Shown here piece after piece: positions 35,305-44,944 of a stretch of DNA of 64,000 nt (positions are counted from its first letter, which is position 1; the number at the start of each line of letters is the position of its first letter). Under the pieces are notes generated by a model. It saw nothing but the letters and a program-made list of their open reading frames with translations, was not told where the DNA came from and made no database searches. The translations under genes and the position numbers were made by a program. The stretch covers positions 262,761 through 326,760 of the forward strand of contig JAWLBL010000002.1 in the NCBI GenBank assembly GCA_041687695.1, read 5' to 3'. The DNA is from Myxococcota bacterium (GTDB lineage Bacteria; Myxococcota_A; UBA9042; PHBI01; JAWLBL01).

Positions 35305-36742
35305 CACCGTCGATCGCATGCTGCGTCGCCGGCGGCGCCACCGGGGCCTGGGCATCCGTGGGCGCCTGGTGCTGTTCGCGACCTGCGCGGTGCTGGGCGC
35401 GATGGGCGCGGCCGGCGGGCTGCTGCTCGGGGCGCAGGCCGACGTCGCCTTCGACGAGGGCCGCGACCGCGCCGCCGCCCTGCTCGAGAGCCTGGCCGTG
35501 CCCAGCGCCATGGCCGTCGCCCAGGGCGCCATCGAGCGGCTCGACGACCAGCTGACCGAGGTGGCGCGCGCCGCGGGGCCGCGCATGGGGCTGTCGTTCG
35601 TCGCGATGCTCGACGTCCGCGGCCGCGTGGTCGCCCACTCGGGCGCGGCGCTCTTCCAGGGGGCGGCCGACGCCCGGATCGGCGGCGGGCACGACCTGGA
35701 TCCCGCCTTCGTCGCGCGCGCGCTCGCGTCGCAGCGGCCCCTGTGGCGTCGCGATCGCGCCGCCAGCGACGCCGGTGTCCTGGATCTGGCGATGCCGGCG
35801 GTCTCCGGGCTGCGCTGGGGCACGCTGGTCGCGCGCTTCGACCTGGCGCCGGTCGCCCGCTCGGCGGCGCGCACCCGGCTGGTGCTCATCTTCGCGGCGG
35901 TCCTGCTGACGGTCGCCATGATCGTGGGCCTGTCCATTGGCATCTCGCGCATCGTGGTGAGGCCGATTCAGATCCTGGCCGACACCGCCGGGGCCCTGCA
36001 GAGCGGTGACCTCGAGGCCCGCGCGCGCGTGCGCACCCGCGACGAGCTGGGCCAGCTGGCGCGCGGCTTCAACGCGATGGCCGAGGAGCTGCAGTCCTAC
36101 ACCTCGAGCCTCGAGCGCCGCGTGCAGGAGCGCAGCCGCGAGGTCGAGCTGAAGAACGAGCAGCTCGAGGCGGTCAACGCGCGCCTGCAGGACGCCGTGT
36201 CCGAGCTGGAGCGTCTGGCGCGCCTCGACGGGCTGACGCAGGTCTACAACCGCCGCTACTTCGCCGAGGTCCTGGACTTCGAGGTGCGCCGCAGCGCGCG
36301 GGCCGAGCACAGGCTGACCCTGATCATGCTGGACGTGGACCACTTCAAGCGGCTCAACGACACCTTCGGCCACCCGGCCGGCGACGCGGTCCTGCGCGAG
36401 CTGGCGCAGATCCTGACCGCCTCGCTGCGCTCCACCGACATCGTCGCGCGCTACGGGGGCGAGGAGTTCGTCGTCCTGATGCTGGACACCCCGCGGGCCT
36501 TCGGCCTCGAGCTGGCCGAGCGCCTGCGGGCGGCCGTGGCCCGGCACGACTTCACCGCGGCCGCGGGCGAGGCGGTCGGCTCGGTGACCGTCAGCGTCGG
36601 CGTGGCCGCCTACCCGGACGACGCGACGGACGGCGACCGGCTGGTGTCGCGCGCCGACCAGGCCCTGTACGCCGCCAAGGCCGCCGGGCGAAACGCCGTG
36701 GTCGTCTGGGACCCCGGGATCGCGCCCGCCGGCGCCTGCTGA
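35288..36742 (+). CDS. Membrane diguanylate cyclase (TM-periplasmic-TM-HAMP-coiled coil-GGDEF)
   Basis: Two TM helices; DELGQLARGFNAM; DGLT, DVDHFKRLND, RSTD I-site and GGEEF. Confidence 0.93.
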   Translation: MSLAPDTVDRMLRRRRRHRGLGIRGRLVLFATCAVLGAMGAAGGLLLGAQADVAFDEGRDRAAALLESLAVPSAMAVAQGAIERLDDQLTEVARAAGPRMGLSFVAMLDVRGRVVAHSGAALFQGAADARIGGGHDLDPAFVARALASQRPLWRRDRAASDAGVLDLAMPAVSGLRWGTLVARFDLAPVARSAARTRLVLIFAAVLLTVAMIVGLSIGISRIVVRPIQILADTAGALQSGDLEARARVRTRDELGQLARGFNAMAEELQSYTSSLERRVQERSREVELKNEQLEAVNARLQDAVSELERLARLDGLTQVYNRRYFAEVLDFEVRRSARAEHRLTLIMLDVDHFKRLNDTFGHPAGDAVLRELAQILTASLRSTDIVARYGGEEFVVLMLDTPRAFGLELAERLRAAVARHDFTAAAGEAVGSVTVSVGVAAYPDDATDGDRLVSRADQALYAAKAAGRNAVVVWDPGIAPAGAC

Positions 36743-36755
36743 CGCGCGGCGGCCT

Positions 36756-37343
36756 TCACGGAGGCGGGGGCTTGCGGACCTCGACGGCGGGCAGCGGGAC
36801 CGCGGCTAGCGCCTGCAGCAGCGGGCCGATCTCGGCGTGCGCCTGCATCAGCCCGCGGTGGGCCGGCCGGATGAAGCCCTCGGCCGACGCCTGGCTGAGG
36901 AAGGCCAGCAGGTGGTCGTAGTAGCCGTGGGCGTTCAGCAGCCCGACCGGCTTGGTGTGCAGCTGCAGCTGGGTCCAGGTGGTGACCTCGAAGATCTCCT
37001 CGAGCGTGCCCCAGCCGCCCGGCAGCGCGATGAAGGCCCCCGACAGGTGCGCCATCACCGTCTTGCGCGCGTGCATGCTCTCGACCACGATGAGCTCGGT
37101 CAGCCCGCGGTGCGCCAGCTCGCGCTCCTCGAGCTTGTGCGGGATGACGCCGACGACTTCGCCGCCGGCCGCCAGCGCCCCGTCGGCGACGGCGCCCATC
37201 AGCCCGACCCGGCCGCCGCCGTAGACGACGCCGACGCCGCGACGCGCCAGCTCGTGTCCGACCGCGCGCGCCACGTGGAAGTAGCGCTCGGGCACGTCGT
37301 CGCTGCTGCCGCAGTAGACGCAGACTCGCTTGAACTGTCGCAT
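36756..37343 (-). CDS. LOG family nucleotide phosphoribohydrolase
   Basis: VYCGSS, YGGGRVGLMG, MHARK and PGGWGTLEE. Confidence 0.93.
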   Translation of the reverse strand: MRQFKRVCVYCGSSDDVPERYFHVARAVGHELARRGVGVVYGGGRVGLMGAVADGALAAGGEVVGVIPHKLEERELAHRGLTELIVVESMHARKTVMAHLSGAFIALPGGWGTLEEIFEVTTWTQLQLHTKPVGLLNAHGYYDHLLAFLSQASAEGFIRPAHRGLMQAHAEIGPLLQALAAVPLPAVEVRKPPPP

Positions 37344-37434
37344 CGGGGCTCCCCAAGGGCGGACGGGTTCGACGGCTCGCGAGCCTACGACCCCGTAGCC
37401 CTCCGGGCCAGCCTCATGTCCCCAGGGCGCCCGC

Positions 37435-37776
37435 TCAGACGTGCATGTCGACGAGGACCCGGCGGGTGCCCCGCGCGAGGCCCCGCTGGCGCGAGCCCAC
37501 CGTGCGCCTGAGCAGCGTGCGCGTGTTGTCGAGCGCGCCCGAGATGGCGGCGGCCAGCGTCTCCGAGGTCTCCTCGGCGTAGAACTGCCCGCCCGCGTCC
37601 ATGTCCAGGGTGATCCGACAGATCTTCGACTGCGCGTTGCGCGCGTCGACGACCCGCACGGTCGCCCGCCGGATGTGCCCCGAGAAGCGCTCGAGCGCCC
37701 CCTGGACGCGACCCTGCACCTGCGCGCGCAGCTCGGGGTTGAGCTCGACGTGTCGTCCGCGAACCTCGACGTTCAT
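37435..37776 (-). CDS. HPF/RaiA-family ribosome-associated protein (short form)
   Basis: AAGGAGG RBS; MNVEVRGRHVEL...ALERF...KICRI pattern. Confidence 0.75.
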   Translation of the reverse strand: MNVEVRGRHVELNPELRAQVQGRVQGALERFSGHIRRATVRVVDARNAQSKICRITLDMDAGGQFYAEETSETLAAAISGALDNTRTLLRRTVGSRQRGLARGTRRVLVDMHV

Positions 37777-38038
37777 GACGGCCCTCCTTCGAGGCGACTC
37801 GCCCGCGAGCGCCCACCGCGTGGGTCCCGCCGGCGTCCCGTGTCGCCTCCTTCGGGTGGTACGAGGCACCACCGTGGGACGACTGGATAGGCGACACAAC
37901 CCTCCGCCAGCCAACCCCCCTAAGTGCACGAAATCGCATGCGTGGCGACGCCCGGCGCCCCACCCGCCACCGCGCGCCCCGCGATCGTGCGCGCCGTGTT
38001 ATGCTCCGCCCGCACCTCCCACCGACCAAGGCCACACC

Positions 38039-38311
38039 ATGCTCGCCATCGAGTCGCAGGACGGAACCGTCTACACCTTCGGCCCCGGCGCCCGCTTCAG
38101 CATCCAGCCGCTGGGACCGCGCCCGAACGGCGAAGGCCCCGATCTCCAGCTCTTCGGCCTGGTCGGCCACGAGGGCCAGCAGGGCTTCATCCTCGTCCAG
38201 GGCGAGCACCCCTCCGTCGAGGCCGCCATGCGCACCTTCAAGCGCCTCCTGGCCGCGGGCCCGATCCGCTTCATCGGCCACGACGAGCTGGTCACGGCCA
38301 AGCAGGCCTGA
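38039..38311 (+). CDS. Small hypothetical protein (90 aa)
   Basis: Strong GC3 bias from ATG 38039; TG-n-TATGCT extended -10-like element upstream. Confidence 0.7.
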   Translation: MLAIESQDGTVYTFGPGARFSIQPLGPRPNGEGPDLQLFGLVGHEGQQGFILVQGEHPSVEAAMRTFKRLLAAGPIRFIGHDELVTAKQA

Positions 38312-38341
38312 ACCCGGCCGCGCCGCGCTGGGCCGACGCGA

Positions 38342-40639
38342 TCACCAGAGCCAGCGCCAGCCCACGGCCAGCGTGAGCTCCAGCGGCAGGCCCAGGAGAT
38401 CGGCGCGTCGTGAGATGTCGACCAGCGCGGGGTGGCGGTAAGCGTCATCGACGTGCTCGAAGGCCCAGGCCAGGTCGACCTGCGCGAACAGGCGCTGCCA
38501 CAGCGACAGCGTGCCGCTCAGCTCGGGGCCGTGCGACCACGAGACGCCGCGCAGGCCGTCGTCGATGGCGCGGCGTGTGGTCAGGCGCCAGCCGAGGCCG
38601 GCGCTGGCCTGGAACAGCGAGCCCTGCACCAGCTCGCGCGCCCACCCGGCGGCCAGGCCGAAGTCGAGGGTGAACGGGCAGTTGTCGAGCCCGCCCGGCG
38701 CCTCGAAGTCGCAGACGCCGCCCGCGAATCCGGCCGCGCGGACCTGGGCGAGGTCGGCCAGCTGGTGCTCGCGGGGACGCTCGACGCGGGCGCGCACGAA
38801 CAGCTGGTGGGGCGAGTAGCCGAAGCCCTGGAGGTAGGTCAGGTCGACGCCGCCCGAGAGGTTGGCCGCGAGCCCGATTGCGCGGCGGGGCGGTCGATAG
38901 AGGAAGGCGTTGGCGAGGCTGCCGCCGGCCAGGTCGACCGCGGTGGCGTCCAGGGCGCCGCCAGCGTGTTGCTGCAGGCGGGCGACGACCCGCTCGAGCA
39001 CGCCTCGGACGGCGCGGCGGACGGCGATGGGCTCGGCGGAGACGGGCGCGCCGTCCAGGCGCAGGTCGCGGTAGGCATACCCGTGGGCGTGCAGCGCCTC
39101 GAGGAAGCGCGTCGAGGCGTCGACCTCGCGGGCGTCGGCGCTGGCCATCAGGCGCGCTCGGACGTCGAGCAGAGCGGCCAGGAGCTTGACCAGGTTGGCG
39201 TCGTCGGGCCGTGCGGCGAGGCCGCGGCAGGCGGGAACGGCGGCGGGGTCGGGCGGCTCGGGCCCGAGCAGGGCGTGGCGGTAGCAGTCGAAGGCCAGCG
39301 AGCGGAAGGGGGAAGGCGCGGACACGCCGTCTCCGAAGCCGAAGCCGGCGGCGTGCAGGTAGCGCCAGGCGTCGACCATGCCCAGGTAGAAGTCGGCGCG
39401 TCGGAAGTCGCGCTCGAGGAAGCCCGAGAAGGTGTTGAAGTGCTCGCTGGCGAGCGGCATGCGCCGCACCGGCGCGACGAGGTTGGCGCGGCCCTCGAGC
39501 GCCTCGAGGAACTCGGTCACGCCGGTGTTGCGGACGTGGCGCAAAAAGTGCGGCGTGAAGTCGGTCACGAGATCGAGCACCCCCTCGATGTCGAGGTCCG
39601 GCGGGTCGTTGGGCTCCCAGGGGACCAGCTTCGCGCTGAGGAACAGGAACCGCGCGTCCCCGTCTTGCGCGGAGGCGGGGCGCCAGGCGGCCAGCTGCTC
39701 GGCGAAGCGCAGCGGCATGTTGTCCAGCATGCCGCCGTCGAACACCAACGTCTCGGCGATGGGGCCGAGCCGACCGTCGGCGAGGCGCTCGCGGTAGGCG
39801 AGGGCGACGGGTGAGAAGATGAGCGGCAGCGCGACGCCGCCCCGCAGCGCCTGGTAGACGTGGGGGCGCGGCACCGGGGCGTCCACCGTGGCGACGTCGC
39901 CCAGCACGACGAGGACCCGCGGGTCGCGCACCGCCTCGAGATCGGCCAACGTCAGGTTGTGGAACGAGGGCGCCTCGCCGGGCCCGGCCCGCACCTCTAG
40001 GACGAGCTTCTCGATGAGCCGGTCGACGTAGGCCTCGCCGTCCGCGTCCTGCCAGCGCGTCGCGCCGTCCGCGTCCGGTGGGTCCCGGCCGGTCACCAAC
40101 GGCATCGGCCGCCCCGCCAGCCGCGTCAAGGTGAAGCCGATGCGCGCCCGGCAGCCCGACGGGCGCCATCGCCTGCCCTCGGTCCACAGCGCCTCGAGCC
40201 GCGCGATGGCCGCGTCGATGGGCTGCCACGACAGGGCGCCGGGCAGTCCGTTCGGGTCGTTCGGCGCCAACAGGCCCTCGATGCCCACCGGGATCCAGGC
40301 GTCCCAGAACACCGACCGCTCGGGCTCGTCCTCGTCCTGCAAGCACGCGCTGAGCGCCGCCAACACCACGTTGACCGACCCGGCCGACGCCCCCGTCATG
40401 ACCGGCGGCGCGCCCGCCCCATGCGCGTCCTCACCCACCAGCGCGCGCATCGTCACGTACAGGAACCCCGCCTGATAGGCGCCCATGCTGGTCCCACCCC
40501 CGGCCGTGATGGCGGTCGGCCTGCGCCCACCGGCGCGCACCTCGGGCTGGGCTTGCGCCGCCGCCGGCGCCGCCGCGAGCAGCGCGACCGACAACGCCGC
40601 CGCGACGCACCACGCGGATTGGCCGTGAGGGGGTGACAT
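38342..40639 (-). CDS. Secreted patatin-like phospholipase with C-terminal beta-barrel-like region
   Basis: Signal peptide; GGGTSMG, GASAG and DGG; C-terminal amphipathic strands ending GWRWLW. Confidence 0.85.
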   Translation of the reverse strand: MSPPHGQSAWCVAAALSVALLAAAPAAAQAQPEVRAGGRRPTAITAGGGTSMGAYQAGFLYVTMRALVGEDAHGAGAPPVMTGASAGSVNVVLAALSACLQDEDEPERSVFWDAWIPVGIEGLLAPNDPNGLPGALSWQPIDAAIARLEALWTEGRRWRPSGCRARIGFTLTRLAGRPMPLVTGRDPPDADGATRWQDADGEAYVDRLIEKLVLEVRAGPGEAPSFHNLTLADLEAVRDPRVLVVLGDVATVDAPVPRPHVYQALRGGVALPLIFSPVALAYRERLADGRLGPIAETLVFDGGMLDNMPLRFAEQLAAWRPASAQDGDARFLFLSAKLVPWEPNDPPDLDIEGVLDLVTDFTPHFLRHVRNTGVTEFLEALEGRANLVAPVRRMPLASEHFNTFSGFLERDFRRADFYLGMVDAWRYLHAAGFGFGDGVSAPSPFRSLAFDCYRHALLGPEPPDPAAVPACRGLAARPDDANLVKLLAALLDVRARLMASADAREVDASTRFLEALHAHGYAYRDLRLDGAPVSAEPIAVRRAVRGVLERVVARLQQHAGGALDATAVDLAGGSLANAFLYRPPRRAIGLAANLSGGVDLTYLQGFGYSPHQLFVRARVERPREHQLADLAQVRAAGFAGGVCDFEAPGGLDNCPFTLDFGLAAGWARELVQGSLFQASAGLGWRLTTRRAIDDGLRGVSWSHGPELSGTLSLWQRLFAQVDLAWAFEHVDDAYRHPALVDISRRADLLGLPLELTLAVGWRWLW

Positions 40640-40793
40640 CGAGACCTGACGAGTGGGAGGAGGGCCCACCTTACCGCCTGTTCCGCGCGCCCGGATGCAA
40701 GTGGCGCTTGGAGGGCGGCCCGCGGTTCGGGGAAAACCGCCCCGGCCCGCTGTGTTACCTTCTCGCGCCGACCCAACCGACGAGGTCCCGACC

Positions 40794-41510
40794 GTGTCCC
40801 TCCGCCGCATCACCGACGCCCTCAACGCCGAGCTGGCCGGCCTGACCTTCGCGCCGCCGGTGGCCTACGTCTACAACCCCCTGGTCTACGCCCGCGCGGC
40901 CTGGGACGCCTACTGCGACCGCTTCGGCGCCGGCCCGCGCGAGGTCCTCTTCCTGGGCATGAACCCGGGGCCGTTCGGCATGGCCCAGTGCGGGGTGCCC
41001 TTCGGCGAGGTGAGCCTGGTCCGCGACTGGCTGGGCATTCACGCGCCGGTCGGCAAGCCGCCCAAGGAGCACCCCAAGCGCCCCGTGCAGGGCTTCGACT
41101 GCCCCCGCAGCGAGGTCAGCGGCGCCCGCATGTGGGGCTGGGCCCGCGACACCTTCGGCACCCCCGAGGCCTTCTTCGCCCGCTTCTTCGTCGCCAACTA
41201 CTGCCCGCTGGTCTTCATGGAGGACTCGGGCCGCAACCGCGTCCCCGAGAAGCTCCCCAAGGCCGAGCGCGAGGCCCTCTTCGCGGCCTGTGACCGCGCC
41301 CTGCGCGCCACCATCGAGCACCTGCAGCCCCGCTGGATCATCGGCATCGGCAAGTTCGCCGAGGCCAAGGCCCGCGACATCGCCAGCGACCTGGACCTCT
41401 CCATCGGCAGCGTCCCCCACCCGAGCCCCGCCAGCCCGCTGGCCAACCGCGGCTGGGCGCCCCTGATGACCGCCTCCCTGGCCGAGTTGGGCGTTCTGAC
41501 TGCGCCCTGA
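40794..41510 (+). CDS. SMUG1-type (family 3) uracil-DNA glycosylase
   Basis: YVYNP, GMNPGPFGMAQxGVPFG, RSEVSG, NYCPL and HPSP. Confidence 0.92.
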   Translation: MSLRRITDALNAELAGLTFAPPVAYVYNPLVYARAAWDAYCDRFGAGPREVLFLGMNPGPFGMAQCGVPFGEVSLVRDWLGIHAPVGKPPKEHPKRPVQGFDCPRSEVSGARMWGWARDTFGTPEAFFARFFVANYCPLVFMEDSGRNRVPEKLPKAEREALFAACDRALRATIEHLQPRWIIGIGKFAEAKARDIASDLDLSIGSVPHPSPASPLANRGWAPLMTASLAELGVLTAP

Positions 41511-41599
41511 TCGGACGCATGGGCGGCTGGCTTGACGCCAGGGTCGCTTCAGGGGTGGGATGCCGGCGGAGCGGACCCCCGCAGACTTCGGAGCGAGCC

Positions 41600-42301
41600 A
41601 TGTCCACGACGCCACAGATCTCCAAGGCCTTCGACACGGCGCATGCCGAGGTCTACGACCGGCAGTTCGAAGCGATCCGCGCGGTGAAGGACGCGCTGCA
41701 TCTGCTGCTGCGCGTGCAGCTGTCTGCGCTGCCGGCCGAGGCGAGGATCCTGGTGGCGGGGGCGGGGACGGGGGCCGAGGTGCGGTTCCTGGCGCCGCTG
41801 TTTCCCGGGTGGAGGTTCACGCTGGTCGATCCGGCCGCGGCCATGCTGGAGGTGGCGCGGAGGCACGCCGAGGCCGAAGGGTTCGCCGAGCGGTGCGAGT
41901 TCCACGTCGGGTTCGTCTCGTCGCTGGACGAGGCCGGCTTCGACGCGGCCAGCAGCGTGCTGGTGTCGCAGTTCCTGGCCGACCCGGCGCAGCGGCTGGC
42001 GTACTTCCAGGACATCGCCGCTCGACTGAGGCCCGGGGGGCTGCTGTTCAACGCCGATCTGGCGGCCGACCGGGACGATCCCGGGTTCGGGGTGGCGATG
42101 GAGCTGTGGCTCGGGCTGCTCGGGCTGTCCGGGATGATGACCGAGGAGAGGAAGCCGCAGTATCGCGCGATGTTCGGCCGCGACGTGGCCGCGCAGGGGC
42201 CCGCCGAGGTCGAGGCCCTCATCCGCGAGGCCGGCTTCACCGCGCCGGTCGCCTGCTACCAGGCCGGGCTCATCCACGGCTGGGTGGCGAGCCGGGCCTA
42301 G
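41600..42301 (+). CDS. Class I SAM-dependent methyltransferase
   Basis: LVAGAGTGAE, VDPAAAML and LRPGG. Confidence 0.9.
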   Translation: MSTTPQISKAFDTAHAEVYDRQFEAIRAVKDALHLLLRVQLSALPAEARILVAGAGTGAEVRFLAPLFPGWRFTLVDPAAAMLEVARRHAEAEGFAERCEFHVGFVSSLDEAGFDAASSVLVSQFLADPAQRLAYFQDIAARLRPGGLLFNADLAADRDDPGFGVAMELWLGLLGLSGMMTEERKPQYRAMFGRDVAAQGPAEVEALIREAGFTAPVACYQAGLIHGWVASRA

Positions 42302-42317
42302 CGGGGCGGGGGTCGGG

Positions 42318-43766
42318 TCAGTCGCCCTCGCCGGGCTTGGGGTCGGGGTGGAGCTGGCGCGAGGCGGTCGCGACGGCGTTGGCGCCGCCCAGGGGCAGGC
42401 CGCCGCCGGGGGCGGGGGGGCCGTCCTCGGGGCCGCCGGGCGGGGTGTCGAGGGGCTCGTGCTGCTCGACCATCACGTCGATGGTGACGCGCAGGCGGAT
42501 GATGAGCCACAGGCCGGGCAGGGCGAGCAGGGTCGTGATGAAGAAGAACCACGACCAGCCGACGCCCTCGACGACGAAGCCCGAGAAGGGGCCGAAGAGC
42601 ATGAGGCCGATGCGGGTGACCGACGAGAGCAGGGCGTACTGGGTCGCCGTGTAGCGGTGGTCGCACAGGGCCATCAGCAGGGCGACCGAGGCCGCGGTGC
42701 CCATGCCGCCGGCGAGGTTCTCGAGGGTGATGGTGGCGACCAGCAGGTCGTAGTGCTCGGCGGCGAAGGCCTGCCCGACGGAGGCCCAGAGCCACGGGGG
42801 CATGTCTTCGAAGGTCAGCGGGTAGGTCGAGGCCGCCTCGGCGAGCAGCAGGAAGGCGAGGTTGGTCAGCGCCTGCAGGACGCCGAAGATGAGCAGGGCC
42901 CGAAAGAGCGAGATGCGGGCCATGATGAGGCCGCCGAGGAAGGCGCCGCCGAGGTTGGCGGCGAGGCCGACGCCCTTGTTGACGACGCCGACGGTGGTCG
43001 GAGAGAAGCCGACCTCCTGCATCAGGAAGGGGATGGTCAGCACGCCCGCGAAGGCGTCGCCGAGGCGATAGAAGATGATGAGCAGCAGGAAGAGGATGGC
43101 GCCCTTCCGGCTGAAGTACTCGCGCAGGGGCTCCCAGACGGCGGCGCCGAGGGACTTGGGGGCCTTGGCCGGGACCTCGGGCTCGGGGGAGAGCAGGGTC
43201 GTGAGCAGGCCGATGCCCATCGCGCCGGCCATGACGAGGTAGGCGCCGCGGAAGCCCAGCCAGTCCGCGAAGATGAGGGCCAGGCCGCCCGAGGTGAGCA
43301 TGCCGACGCGGTAGCCGGCGACCGACAGCGCCGCGCCGGTGCCGCGCTCGGCGGCGCGCAGGACGTCGGTCCGGTAGGCGTCGAAGGCGATGTCCTGCGA
43401 GGCCGACAGGAAGGCGATGACGGTCGCGATGATGGCGATGACCGCCGGGTCGCCGGTGGGGTCGCCGAAGGCCATGGCCGCGATGGCCAGGACCAGGGCC
43501 GCCTGGGTCAGCAGCATCCAGCCCCGCCGGCGCCCCAGGATGGGCGGCACGAAGCGGTCCATCAGGGGCGACCAGAGGAACTTCCAGGTGTACGGCATCA
43601 TGACCAGCGAGAAGATGCCGATGGTCTTGATGTCGACGCCTTCGGTGCTGAGCCAGGCCTGCAGCAGGGCGCCCGAGAGGGCGAGCGGCAGACCGGACGC
43701 GAACCCGAGGAAGAGCATGACCGCCAGGCGGCGGTTCAGCAGGGCGCGGAGGGTTCCTGAGGGCAC
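42318..43766 (-). CDS. ampG: AmpG-family muropeptide MFS transporter
   Basis: LGFASGLP, KFLWSPLMD, GRRRGW, SASQDIAFDAYR and TATQYALLSS. Confidence 0.9.
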   Translation of the reverse strand: MPSGTLRALLNRRLAVMLFLGFASGLPLALSGALLQAWLSTEGVDIKTIGIFSLVMMPYTWKFLWSPLMDRFVPPILGRRRGWMLLTQAALVLAIAAMAFGDPTGDPAVIAIIATVIAFLSASQDIAFDAYRTDVLRAAERGTGAALSVAGYRVGMLTSGGLALIFADWLGFRGAYLVMAGAMGIGLLTTLLSPEPEVPAKAPKSLGAAVWEPLREYFSRKGAILFLLLIIFYRLGDAFAGVLTIPFLMQEVGFSPTTVGVVNKGVGLAANLGGAFLGGLIMARISLFRALLIFGVLQALTNLAFLLLAEAASTYPLTFEDMPPWLWASVGQAFAAEHYDLLVATITLENLAGGMGTAASVALLMALCDHRYTATQYALLSSVTRIGLMLFGPFSGFVVEGVGWSWFFFITTLLALPGLWLIIRLRVTIDVMVEQHEPLDTPPGGPEDGPPAPGGGLPLGGANAVATASRQLHPDPKPGEGD

Positions 43767-43866
43767 GGCCGATCTCGGGGAAGCCGTTGGAGGGGCGGGC
43801 GGCGGCGGGGCGCGTGGGCAGAGGGGATCGTATCGCAGCGCAGGAGGCGCCGCCATTTCGCGGCCG

Positions 43867-44667
43867 TCAGGGAGGGGGGGCGTCGTCGCGGGGGAACGGG
43901 GCGGCGCCGGCGGCGAGGCGCGCGAAGAAGGCGCGGGTGGCCGGGAAGAGGGGGCGCAGGGCGAGGGCCTCGGTCGGGGTGCACCAGACGGCGGCGTCGA
44001 CCTCGGCGGGATCGAGGGTGGGCGGGGTGTCGTCCGGGTCGACGAGCGCGGCGTCGAACCAGGTGAGGGCGTAGTCGCCGTCCGCGGTGGTGCCGCGGCC
44101 GAGCTCGCGGCCGATTCGGACGCGCAGGCCGACCTCTTCGCGGACCTCGCGGGCGGCGGCGGCGGCGAGCGACTCTCCGGCCATGGGGCGTCCGGTGATC
44201 GGGGCCCAGAAGCCGCCGCCGGGGCGGGGCGCGGCGCGGCGGATCAGCAGGTAGCGGCCGTCGGCGCGGCGCACGACGGCGAGGGCGGCCTGGGCGCGGG
44301 GGGGAGCGCGCGGGACGTCGGGGGCGCCGGGGCGGGCGAGGCCGCTCAGGAGGAGGGTGACGAGCGTGGCCGGGGCGAGCGGGGGGGCGGGCCCGGAGGC
44401 GGTGAGGGTCGCGAGGCCGTGCAGGGCGCTCCAGAGGGTGAGGGCGAGCGGGCGCGGGTCGCCGGCGCGCAGGTGGCCGTCGGTCTGGCCGTGGGCGACC
44501 AGCTCGAGGAAGACGGGCCGCAGGGCGTCGCGGTCGGACGTGAGCGCCTCGGCGTCGGCGAGGTAGGCGTCGGCGGCGGCCTGGAGGCGGTCCTCGAAGC
44601 CGGTGGGGCGGTCGACGATGGCCTGCAGGCGGTCGACGAGGGGCGGACGTGGGGCGGCGCTCGGCAC
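43867..44667 (-). CDS. TetR C-terminal (WHG-like) domain fused to a NUDIX hydrolase; start uncertain
   Basis: LWSALHGLATL; complete Nudix box G-RPMAG-E-SLAAAAA-REVREEVGL. Confidence 0.8.
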   Translation of the reverse strand: MPSAAPRPPLVDRLQAIVDRPTGFEDRLQAAADAYLADAEALTSDRDALRPVFLELVAHGQTDGHLRAGDPRPLALTLWSALHGLATLTASGPAPPLAPATLVTLLLSGLARPGAPDVPRAPPRAQAALAVVRRADGRYLLIRRAAPRPGGGFWAPITGRPMAGESLAAAAAREVREEVGLRVRIGRELGRGTTADGDYALTWFDAALVDPDDTPPTLDPAEVDAAVWCTPTEALALRPLFPATRAFFARLAAGAAPFPRDDAPPP

Positions 44668-44877
44668 GGGAGGGCAGGGTAACACGGGGCGCGGCGGGAG
44701 ACCGGCGGCGGGTGGCCGGGGGCGGTGGCCGAGGCCGGTGCGGGCCCGTGAGCCGTGGTCGTCGTCGGGGCGCAGCGACTGGACTGCACGAGCTGGTTCG
44801 TGCTCGTGGGTCGCGCAGCTTGCTGCGCGTTGGGTCGAGCGCTGACCGAGTAGGTCTGGTGGCCGGAGGGGACCCCT

Positions 44878-44906
44878 TTGCGCATCCGGGCGGGTTGGGC
44901 TAGGTT
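44878..44906 (+). promoter_or_regulatory. Putative sigma70-type promoter
   Basis: TTGCGC-17 bp-TAGGTT upstream of the AGGAGG RBS. Confidence 0.55.
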
Positions 44907-44944
44907 GCGGGGCTCGAAGGCATCACCCACACAGGAGGATTACG

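Noticed and set aside
37811..37822. GCCCACCGCGTG shared with 19801
   Set aside because: A 12-bp GC-rich match in opposite orientation relative to the nearest gene start; plausible by chance.
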